64,000 nucleotides of DNA. Source: Schmidtea polychroa. Lineage: Eukaryota. The notes below the pieces were generated by a model. It was not told where the DNA came from and did not search any database. It saw only the letters and a list, made by a program, of their open reading frames with translations. Below are positions 1 through 8,617 of the stretch, one piece after another. The position numbers and the translations under genes are program-made. Numbering within the stretch: the first letter of the stretch is position 1; each line of letters opens with the position of its first letter. The stretch lies in the NCBI GenBank assembly GCA_044892525.1, contig CM097887.1, positions 72,540,001 through 72,604,000 on the forward strand, written 5' to 3'.

Positions 1-495
1 TTTCTGCCATTGTCAATACATTGATCTCCCCCAATCTCATGGGTGTTATTCCGACATCTGCATTATCATCTAACGATTTTCCGAATAGTTGTAGGTGAAA
101 TGGAGTTTCGTATGCTAATTTCTTTTTTAACTCTCTGATCTTTGTTGTTGGATGTACTTCTGTATCCTCAATGCTTTTGTCGGGATACTTGACTCGGATA
201 CGATACCTTTCCTGGGTATCTTGTGCCCACTCTTGGTTTCTCCATTTTCTAATAATTTGTTCTAGCTGTTCTGGGTACCATTCGTTATATTGTCGGTATT
301 CCTCAATCGCTTTCGCCATTTCTCTTAGATTGTGGATATTCTCTGATGTCTTTAGGATGATGTTAGCCAATGCTACTACTTGTCGTTTTTGATTTTTTGC
401 TCCCGTTGCTAAGATATCACCTAATTGTTTATATCTTTCCTTCTCTTCTCGTTCTCGAGCTTCCATCGCTTCCTCGCTGTCCATATCGGCATATT
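1..495 (-). CDS. Continuation of the polyprotein with a third ubiquitin-like domain (open to the window edge; not in the ORF track)
   Basis: ...YRIRVKYPDKSIEDTEVHPTTKIRELKKKLAYETPFHLQLFGKSLDDNADVGITPMRLGEINVLTMAE shows the ubiquitin/NEDD8 pattern (I.VK..K.IE..V.PT.KI..LK.KL...L...GK.L.D). Confidence 0.7.
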
Positions 496-779
496 CGCGT
501 TCTTTCTTTCTCATCGCATGAATATGTCTGGTTTCCGTTTCACTTTCGGACGTGACGTCCGTTTCGCTTTCCTCGTCGTCGTTCGTGTTCACCAATGTCT
601 GTTTCTACGAAAATTCCTTTCCTGACTTCCCACTCTTTATTTTCCGCATTCCACATCCTTTCCCAGGGAGTTCGTCTGCAAGATCTAGTACTCAGTTTCT
701 TTATTTTCCCTTGTAGTTCCTTTTCGTTTAACCATTGTTGATGAATTTCAATTATTTCTACTGATTTTTGGTATAGCGT

Positions 780-2879
780 TTACATCCTGTCGCGTATCTC
801 TTTCTGGTATGTCACATCTCTTGTTCGGAATTCGTCCATTGGCAATATTCTAATTATTTGATGATTATCCCACATTCCCATTTCGCTTAACGAGGTGTCG
901 TCCTCAGCCCGTAATATTATTTTGTCGTATATCATGACTACATTATCTATCATACCATCGCTACTCTCGCTTCGCACCTTTTCTGTTATCTCTTGGTTTA
1001 TCTTTGATACTAAGTCATCCACCGTACTTTGATTACTCATTTTTATTCGTCGTTTCTCCTCGTTTGGTAACCATATGGTTATTTCCAATCTCTGCGGTTG
1101 CGTTTCTTTTATTCTTCCATATTTGTGGATCAAATTTATGGTTCTCCAATCGCTCATTCTGAGCAATTCTGTATCTCGTAATCGGCTCATTAGTTCATGC
1201 ATAGCTGGAGTTCGTTTTGCTATGAGCAAATCCCAGTTGTCTTCAACTTGTTCTTGGATTTGTTTGATTAATTTATCTAGATTTCGTCGCAAAGTACATT
1301 GTTTTATTTGTTCTAATTTTAGCTTGATATTAAAATCGTATTCGGCCTTGGCGTCCTTCGCCCATTCGTAAACGTTGGCTGGTTGTTTCTCTTTATGCAA
1401 CTTCAATATTTGAGTTTCCCCTGGCCAGATCAATGCATCTATTAGGTGCATGTCTGGTTTAATTTGTTCTCCTTGGTATTGATATAGATACTCTTTCTTT
1501 CTCGAGCTGCCCCAATGTTCTCTTATCCAATCAAAAAGCTCGTCTGTGACTGTACTTTTTATCCATATTCTCTCGAGCTCTTTACTCGTTCCGATTTTTA
1601 TTACATAGCGTGTTGTCTCCGCTTGTTTCATTTTTTCCATATACTTCTTTATTATCGTTTTCTCCTCGCTTGGTATCAAGTCTTTTTCGTTTCTTTCTAG
1701 TTTCATTATCTTTTGTAAGAAGCGTTTATATGGTATAAGGTCGATGAACTCCTGGTTTCTTACTACCACTGGAAGTATTTCCTTTACTTGTTTTATCGCT
1801 TCCTCTCTTTCTTTTCTCAATTTCATCTCGATATTCTCATCTTCACTTTCACTTGTCACGTCGCTTTCACTCTCGTCTTCATCTGCTCCGATCTTCTCTC
1901 TTAGTTGTTCGATATTTTCATTTAACTGCAATGTTTCTCCACCCAGGCTACTCACGTAGTCCTCATCGTCATCTGTTGACAATACCTTCTTTGTCGTCCT
2001 CATCATATTAATTCGTAAATTTCTCATTCTTGGAACTTTCTTTAACTTTTTATTCTCGAGTATTGTTAGCTCTTCGGAGCCTAATTCCTGTACCATGTCA
2101 TGATTTAGATGATTACTCTGTTTCTCATTTTCGTCATTTTCCACTTCCGCCTCTGTTTTGCTTTTCTCGTGCTCTCTTTCGATTTTTTCTTTTATCTTTT
2201 TCCAAAATATTTTCTGAATTCTCTGATTACCTTTTAACGGTGTTGTTGGATTTTCCTTTTTCGCTTCTGTAATCGTTTCTTTCGGTTTCTCTGGTTCGAT
2301 CAATGGGACTACTCTTGGATTTTTCCCATAATTGTAGCAATATTGCTCTTTTATCTCCTTTACCATCCTCATCATATTTATTCGTAATGGTTGTTCTTGT
2401 CGCTGCTGAATTCGCTCTCTTTTTATTCTCTCTTCTTCAGCTTGTAGTCTCTGCCATTCTTGTGCATGTTGTTGTACTTCGTAATTGTTAAGATTCTCGG
2501 TGCTCCTCATCATACGTATATTCTGAGTTTGTTGTGGTGCTGGTTCTTGTCTTGGTCTCATCATTTGTTGCATCATTTGTTTCATTTGGGAAATTTCTTG
2601 CATCACATTCATTTGTTTTCCCTCACTGGGGTTACCTTGTCGTTGCTGATTTGGTGCATAATTATTATTTCGCTGTGGTGGTCGTTGTTGTTGGCCCCTT
2701 TCTCGGCAGTCTCTTGAGATGTGACCCGGCTGACCACAGTTAAAACATCCTCTCAATTGACATATGTTTTCCGTGTGTCCTCGTCGTCCGCACCTATTAC
2801 AATTGGCGTTTCTATAACAATCTCTATCCCAATGCCCTGGTTTACCGCATGTTCGGCATTGTTTGCTGTCGTTCGTATT
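780..2879 (-). CDS. Gag nucleocapsid (3 CX2CX4HX4C knuckles) plus long extension with two ubiquitin-like domains
   Basis: Reading through from 2879 gives CRTCGKPGHWDRDC, CNRCGRRGHTENIC and CFNCGQPGHISRDC. Ubl-like segments lie at about 1612-1390 (RYVIKIG...YQYQGEQIKPDMHLID) and 1092-838 (LEITIWLPNEEKRRIKM...STVDDLVSKI...LRAEDDTSLSEMGM). Confidence 0.75.
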   Translation of the reverse strand, partial: NTNDSKQCRTCGKPGHWDRDCYRNANCNRCGRRGHTENICQLRGCFNCGQPGHISRDCRERGQQQRPPQRNNNYAPNQQRQGNPSEGKQMNVMQEISQMKQMMQQMMRPRQEPAPQQTQNIRMMRSTENLNNYEVQQHAQEWQRLQAEEERIKRERIQQRQEQPLRINMMRMVKEIKEQYCYNYGKNPRVVPLIEPEKPKETITEAKKENPTTPLKGNQRIQKIFWKKIKEKIEREHEKSKTEAEVENDENEKQSNHLNHDMVQELGSEELTILENKKLKKVPRMRNLRINMMRTTKKVLSTDDDEDYVSSLGGETLQLNENIEQLREKIGADEDESESDVTSESEDENIEMKLRKEREEAIKQVKEILPVVVRNQEFIDLIPYKRFLQKIMKLERNEKDLIPSEEKTIIKKYMEKMKQAETTRYVIKIGTSKELERIWIKSTVTDELFDWIREHWGSSRKKEYLYQYQGEQIKPDMHLIDALIWPGETQILKLHKEKQPANVYEWAKDAKAEYDFNIKLKLEQIKQCTLRRNLDKLIKQIQEQVEDNWDLLIAKRTPAMHELMSRLRDTELLRMSDWRTINLIHKYGRIKETQPQRLEITIWLPNEEKRRIKMSNQSTVDDLVSKINQEITEKVRSESSDGMIDNVVMIYDKIILRAEDDTSLSEMGMWDNHQIIRILPMDEFRTRDVTYQKEIRDRM

Positions 2880-3611
2880 TCATCGATTATTAAAGTTGTT
2901 CCCATTATTTGAGTTGTTGCGTTCGTTGTTATTCCCGTTTGATCGTCCTTGTGGTGGTTTGAAAATTTGATGCGAACCTGGTATAAACTGATTCATCTTT
3001 GGTTCGTGATTGTTGTTATCTCCATTTTCCGTTTTCACCGTTGCTGATGCGATTCTTCCCTCCTCTTGCATGACATTCATTTGTGCTGGGAGGTGTAGTT
3101 CGCATCTTGTGGCCCAATCTATGGCCTCTTCTAGTGTTTTACACATTTGACATCCCACCGAGGCTCTTACCTCCTCTCGGCGTAGTCCTTCTATGAAATA
3201 ACCAATTAAATTTTCCTCCGGCAGGTTTCCGTTCATGGCTTTTTTTGCCAATCTTCGCAATTCGCTGGCGTATAACGTTATTGACTCGTTTGCTCTTTGT
3301 TTTCTACTTACCAGTTCACCTAACGCTTGATTTATTGGTTTGCTGGCTCCGAAGGTTTTCCTCAAAAATGTTTTGATGCTTTCCCAATTGTCTAACTTCG
3401 TATTCCTCTCTTTTGCTTCTAGGTATACTTCGAGTGCGCTATCGCACAAAAACAGAGGCATTCGTTTGCTAATTGCTTCCGCTGTCCATCCGCACACATC
3501 GATATAGACTTCAAAATTGGTTATGAACGTTGCCAACTTGTTCGCATTCCCGTTAAATGGTTCGCCTCTAAATTTTTCTTTATACTCGTCGGTTTTTACC
3601 GCATTCGTCAT
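2880..3611 (-). CDS. gag: Retrotransposon Gag capsid domain
   Basis: EPFNGNANKLATFITNFEVY...WESIKTFLRKTF, MHR-like RKQRANESITLYASELRRLA, and YFIEGL...TLEEAI. Confidence 0.85.
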   Translation of the reverse strand: MTNAVKTDEYKEKFRGEPFNGNANKLATFITNFEVYIDVCGWTAEAISKRMPLFLCDSALEVYLEAKERNTKLDNWESIKTFLRKTFGASKPINQALGELVSRKQRANESITLYASELRRLAKKAMNGNLPEENLIGYFIEGLRREEVRASVGCQMCKTLEEAIDWATRCELHLPAQMNVMQEEGRIASATVKTENGDNNNHEPKMNQFIPGSHQIFKPPQGRSNGNNNERNNSNNGNNFNNR

Positions 3612-4866
3612 GACTGGTTCTTGAAACTCTATTGTTTCTTTTAAATTTTCCAGCGATGTCGCTAAATTATGGACGGATAATTCTTCTGTTGACCCGGTTA
3701 GGTTGTTTGTTATATCGGATAGGCTTTCTCTGCTTCTAGATCGACTAGGGGTGTATCCGAGGTTTTCTTGGTCAAATGTTGGTACTTGATTTGTTCTTCT
3801 TGCTTCTTGTGATATTCCTCTTTGCTGTTTTATGGACCGTCCTCTTCTGAGCTGTTCTAGTTCGTCTCCTGAAAATAATACGTCTCTTGACTTACTTGAG
3901 GATCTGAGATTTGGTTTCTCCGTGATTCCTTCTTACGCCTCTTTATCGTCTCTTATGGATTTCTCGGCAATTAGCGGCTGCTGACTTGAGTGAATTCGGT
4001 TCTGTCGGTGTTCCGAGTCCTTGGCAAATGGTTGTTAATGCTATGAGACGTCTTCCGTTCTTGGAATCTTCGGGTTGTGTTACTCCTACTGAGCGGGTTC
4101 TGGATTGGTTATTTCTGGTTGGTCGTTGATTTCTTCGAATTCCTTTGTGTAGGTTCTGGATTGGCTTGATTGACTGGGTTGGTTTGCTATCTAAAATGAA
4201 AAAATGATCTCGTGTTGCATCTGCTTACACGACTTCATCATTCTTTCTGCAACATTCAAACACAGACACCGTTTAGGGCCTCTGTTATGCTTTTCTTTAT
4301 TTCCCCATACAATTCCTCGTGGATTATAGTTACCCATCAACCCATAGTTTTCGTCGATTTTAAATTATCTATTTGGGGTAGTAATAATTATCTATATGGT
4401 CGTATCAATTATCTATAGTTATCATTTATAATATCGATAGGTCGTTGTCAGTTACTGCTTATCACCCCCCATATCCTTTTACGCGGTTCCGCTATTTTAC
4501 TTAATCTTTCGTCTCTGTTTCCCTTTACTCGGTTCTACTCTGAACCAAAAATCAAATTCGTTTATCCGGTTTAAACCCACAAAAAAAATCTGTAGAACTC
4601 CGTCTACTCACCTGGGGTCCCTTTAATTAATTAAAATTTTTCTTCTTTTATTCATCATCTAATCACACTTATTCTTTGTTTTCATTAACCTTAATTCATT
4701 TTCCTTTTTTGTTTCTTTGTTTCCACTAAAAGAATTTTACCATTATCTTCTACGAGCTCGTTTAATCCTTTCCAAATTCAAATTCCTGTATCTGAATTCA
4801 GTTCGTCTCTAGCTAGCTTAATATTTTACCTCATTATTAACTTAAATACTATCCAATCATTTTCTA

Positions 4867-5690
4867 GGCCTTTACGACTGGCTGGCACTTTTCAACAGCT
4901 CAATCTTCATCATCTCCGAACTGGCTGGACTTTTCACAGCTCAGTTTTTAATTGTTCCTGACCGGCTGGACTTTTCCAACAGCTCGGCCTTACGACTGGC
5001 TGGCACTTTTCAACAGCTCAATCTTCTTCATCTCCGAACTGGCTGGACTTTTCACAGCTCAGTTTTAATTTTCCTGACCGGCTGGACTTCTCGACAGCTC
5101 GGCCTTACGACTGGCTGGCACTTTTCAACAGCTCAATCTTCTTCATCTCCGAACTGGCTGGACTTTTCACAGCTCAGTTTTTAATTTTTCCTGACCGGCT
5201 GGACTTTTCGACAGCTCGGCCTTACGACTGGCTGGCACTTTTCAACAGCTCAATCTTCTTCATCTCCGAACTAGCTGGACTTTTCACAGCTCAGTTTTTA
5301 ATTTTTCCTGACCGGCTGGACTTTTCCAACAGCTCGGCCTTACGACTGGCTGGCACTTTTCAACAGCTCAATCTTCTTCATCTCCGAACTGGCTGGACTT
5401 TTCACAGCTCAGTTTTAATTTTCCTGACCGGCTGGACTTCTCGACAGCTCGGCCTTACGACTGGCTGGCACTTTTCAACAGCTCAATCTTCTTCATCTCC
5501 GAACTGGCTGGACTTTTCACAGCTCAGTTTTTAATTTTTCCTGACCGGCTGGACTTTTCGACAGCTCGGCCTTACGACTGGCTGGCACTTTTCAACAGCT
5601 CAATCTTCTTCATCTCCGAACTGGCTGGACTTTTCACAGCTCAGTTTTTAATTTTTCCTGACCGGCTGGACTTTTCCAACAGCTCGGCCT
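4867..5690. repeat. Hierarchical tandem array: 7 units of ~117 bp, each with 3 copies of a ~22-nt core
   Basis: Units start at 4867, 4986, 5101, 5218, 5336, 5451 and 5568 (lengths 119, 115, 117, 118, 115, 117, 118). Core is CYGGCTGG(C)ACTTTTC..ACAGCTC, present 21 times. No ORF. Confidence 0.95.
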
Positions 5691-6270
5691 TAATATCTCC
5701 GATTCTGCATGCTTCCACTTCTTTCCTATCTTTATTCTAGACTGTCCTTTTCCTATTTTTACTTTTTATTTGTCGATCTAATCTGTGCCGCTTGAGAATG
5801 TTTCCCCTTTCCCCCCTTGCTCAAAACGCAAAACGATCGCATTGATCCATTTCTACATTGGTATGGTGATCAGCCATACCGCAGAAACTTTTCAATATTC
5901 GCGATGGTACCTCGCCTTACATCTCTTACTCGGGGTGATCGGTTATCCCTTCCCAACCGGTTTTCGTGTATCGTACCTCCCGAAGGTGGCTCGGTTTATT
6001 CCCCTTTTAATCCTATGTTGGGACTAGTTCCACTTTATGCAAATCACTTAACTTATAGATAATCTCTCTCCATGGTGAAAATTAATCATAAAATTACTGA
6101 GATTCACAACAAAAATGAACACACAAAGATTTCTATTCGTAATTCAGCATTGCGCCACATACAATATATTATATTACTAGAAAATTGTTGATACATTAAA
6201 TAAAAGTTAAAAGAAACGTTCAATCAAATTGTCAGTTAAATCAATTCTTCCATCGAGTGATGATCGCATC

Positions 6271-6750
6271 TTAATTGAAATATACCGTGTGCTTCTCCTT
6301 TATCACGCACGCACACAAAGAACAATGGGTTAAGTCAACGACGCACTCATCACAATGACTTAGATGTCCGCAAGGTAAGATCAGCATTCTGCCGGGCCGC
6401 GTCTTACAGATGTTGCACGTTCTTAATGCTGCGGCTTTTTCCTCAATCAAGGCTCGAATTCTTTTAGTCAGAGTCTTTACCTGTCCGCGTATCCTTACGT
6501 ATTCTGTATTTAAATCGGGATCGTCGAGACGTTGTTGAAGCCACTGGTAGTGCAGAGACAAGTCGGTGTCGGTATTGGCTGCTCCCAGTTTATCGGTTAA
6601 GAAGTTTTGTTTCGATATTAGTGGGGCGTTATGGCGTTGTTGTTCTACCCTCTCTATTTGCTTCAGTTTCTCTTTTAATGTCCTTATCGAATCATTTTCT
6701 ATGTCGATGAATCTACTTAGCTGTTGTAGATGTTTTCTAGCTTCCGACAT
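6271..6750 (-). CDS. Element-borne coiled-coil + C-terminal C3HC4 RING protein (IAP/RNF34/MDM2-type RING), 159 aa, intact
   Basis: CNIC-x11-CGH-x3-CDEC-x6-CSLC followed by 13 residues ending TVYFN. ATG start and stop are intact, and a TTTTTTTAG acceptor lies 2 nt upstream of the ATG. Confidence 0.85.
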   Translation of the reverse strand: MSEARKHLQQLSRFIDIENDSIRTLKEKLKQIERVEQQRHNAPLISKQNFLTDKLGAANTDTDLSLHYQWLQQRLDDPDLNTEYVRIRGQVKTLTKRIRALIEEKAAALRTCNICKTRPGRMLILPCGHLSHCDECVVDLTHCSLCACVIKEKHTVYFN

Positions 6751-7209
6751 ATCTAAAAAAAATGTGTTGTTATTATTTGTTCTTACTGGTATTACTAGTA
6801 ATATTATTATGTTTGTATTTAATATTCGTTTGATTTTTATTTGTTATTGTTTCTAACTTTTGCGTTTTATTCAATCTTTGAAATTCCCCTCGTGTTGTCA
6901 CTTTAATCATTTAATTTTATTATCCTTACTTCCCCTTGTTCCCCCTTTTTAATAAATAAATTCAGATTAGTAATAAAAACTTAGTTAATTCCCGTTTTCT
7001 TTTCCCATCATACTCAATCATGTTCCTTCATACTCATTTAGACTCATTTATATTCATGCATGCTCTAGGTCAAACACAAACAGTTCGTATAATCATTCTA
7101 TTGCAAATACCGATTCGTTTCCGTCCCGATTCTATTTCGTTATCATGATTAATTGAGTTAACACATCATAGCACAGTAACAGGCAATCAAAGCAAATCGA
7201 ATTGACAAT

Positions 7210-7227
7210 ATCCCGGCTGAGCCCCCA
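7210..7227 (-). promoter_or_regulatory. Primer binding site, tRNA-Pro type
   Basis: Minus strand reads TGGGGGCTCAGCCGGGAT, a 16/18 match to the classical tRNA-Pro PBS TGGGGGCTCGTCCGGGAT, located 7 nt inside the LTR end CCCAACA. Confidence 0.85.
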
Positions 7228-7414
7228 AAAATCATGTTGGGCGTAGGTGGGGAAGAGAAAAGTATACATGCATTTCTATCACGCCTATCAAGCCTCATCA
7301 TTTCGTTTAGACGCTCCCCATACATACTCCACATGATCATTCGCATATTCCCACGTATGAGCCCGTGGTGATGTTCCACGTTGGTGCTGCTCACACAGGT
7401 CGGAAAGAGTTAGC

Positions 7415-7489
7415 AGGTGAGCCCCTGCCTTAGGACTACTCCTAACCCTTTTCTCGGTACGGGTCCTACGGTGCCTTAGAAGGACTTAC
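7415..7489 (-). promoter_or_regulatory. Conserved LTR box with a 5' splice donor (GTAAGTCCTT ... GAGTAGTCCTAAGGNAGGGGCTCACCT)
   Basis: The same two blocks in the same order, about 190-250 nt from a CCAACA LTR end, occur at 35846-35924 (+) and 53447-53520 (+). Confidence 0.75.
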
Positions 7490-7811
7490 CCATGCTTCAC
7501 GCATCATTCGGTCCACCCTGGTCCAAAGGGGACGACATTCAAGCTTCTACTACTCCTTCAGGATCCTCCACTCATGAGATTCAATCATAGCCAATCATAC
7601 ATATAATTAACGCAATCGGAAAACAAGCGAACAGCTGTATTAGAACAAAACATCAAAATACACTCAAAATTAGGTAAGTAGACACAAAACATTAACGACT
7701 TGTACAAAATAATGTCACTCCTTCGAATTCGTTCATGGTAGTAGGGGAATCGAGACTTGAGAGAAAACTCACTGTGAGAATGCTTCTCCTTCCGCGAGCA
7801 TCTCGTCGATG

Positions 7812-8369
7812 TCAACGGGCAACCGGTATTGGCCCGAGTATTGGAGCCAAGATAGGGTCCGAGGGTCCACCAGACATAGGCCGATAACCAGAGAGAACGG
7901 GGGCGGGAATTGGTGGCAATTGTGGGCCATGCCCCTTGCAATTAGTTACTGACGATGATTCAGCTGACTGGTGATGCCCGGGGAACACATTAGTCCCCTC
8001 TTGTATCGGGTATTCGCGAACTCGCTTCGCTATCTCTGCTTCGGAGTATACTTTATGCAGCGCCTCTGATTGGGCTTTTATGGTTAGCCGCTGGCATCTA
8101 CTCTCTTCCAGGAGACTGTCACGGCAGTGCTCCAGGCGTAGAATCTTACTCTTCTCCTCTTTCATCTGTGGTGGGGAGAACCACGTTCCCTCATAGAGGT
8201 CAATTCTCTTCTTTAATTCCCCAATGTACAAGTGCAACTGTGCGATGTCTGCATTTTTGTCCGAACATGAGAAGCATGGACGGAGATCTTTTCTGGACTG
8301 GATCGGTGTAGTCATCTGAAGATAAAGAAGGTTTCCATTAAGGCGGGGTTGCGAACAGCTTTCCCTCAT
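7812..8369 (-). CDS. ORF-X copy 1: unknown LTR-encoded protein (CxxC, coiled coil, EGTWFSP motif); likely start at Met 8315
   Basis: PCFSCSDKN...IDLYEGTWFSPPQMKE...LEHCRDSL...QSEALHKVY...NVFPGHH...CKG. Homologous to four other copies in the window. A CTTCAG acceptor lies directly before ATG 8315. Confidence 0.7.
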   Translation of the reverse strand: MRESCSQPRLNGNLLYLQMTTPIQSRKDLRPCFSCSDKNADIAQLHLYIGELKKRIDLYEGTWFSPPQMKEEKSKILRLEHCRDSLLEESRCQRLTIKAQSEALHKVYSEAEIAKRVREYPIQEGTNVFPGHHQSAESSSVTNCKGHGPQLPPIPAPVLSGYRPMSGGPSDPILAPILGPIPVAR

Positions 8370-8524
8370 GATTATTTAGTTCCCTCAACATACAATTTCG
8401 CTGACCCTCGACCGGTCTCCGATCGGAGACGGTCCTTAAAACCATTATTTACTACGACCACTCATATTCACATCAACGTAAACCATGCAAGATTAGAAGA
8501 AAACGGGAGTCATAAATAAAACAC

Positions 8525-8617
8525 TTTATTATATTTGCTATGTACTGTATATCTCCTACATGTTGATGATTTATCTAAGTTATTCTGCTAATTTTCGGGA
8601 AAACCTTCGCTTTTATA
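8525..8617 (-). promoter_or_regulatory. Putative LTR TATA box (8617-8610) and polyadenylation signal (8530-8525)
   Basis: TATAAAAG followed about 80 nt downstream by AATAAA on the element strand. Motif match only. Confidence 0.45.

Larger units (their letters stand above)
1..4190 (-). pseudogene. gag: Extended Gag polyprotein of element A (capsid, 3 zinc knuckles, Q-rich and acidic linkers, 3 ubiquitin-like domains), disrupted
   Basis: ORFs 2880-3611 and 780-2756 are one frame separated by a single TGA (2880-2882). The frame is also open upstream to a TAA at about 3934. There is a further in-frame TAA at 780 and frameshifts between about 690 and 500, after which the frame is open to base 1. 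Confidence 0.8.

Noticed and set aside
2880-2882. In-frame TGA between capsid and zinc knuckles as programmed readthrough
   Set aside because: The context CGA-TGA is simply explained by a C>T change, and the same ORF has other stops and frameshifts. It would be revived only if the TGA is fixed across family copies.
171-2912. Numerous plus-strand ORFs over the gag region (likewise over the MULE, hAT and pol regions)
   Set aside because: They are antisense shadows of purine-rich coding strands and show no motifs.
4867-5690. CRISPR-like array (constant core with variable spacers)
   Set aside because: The spacers recur periodically in three types, there are no cas genes, and the context is a eukaryotic retroelement.
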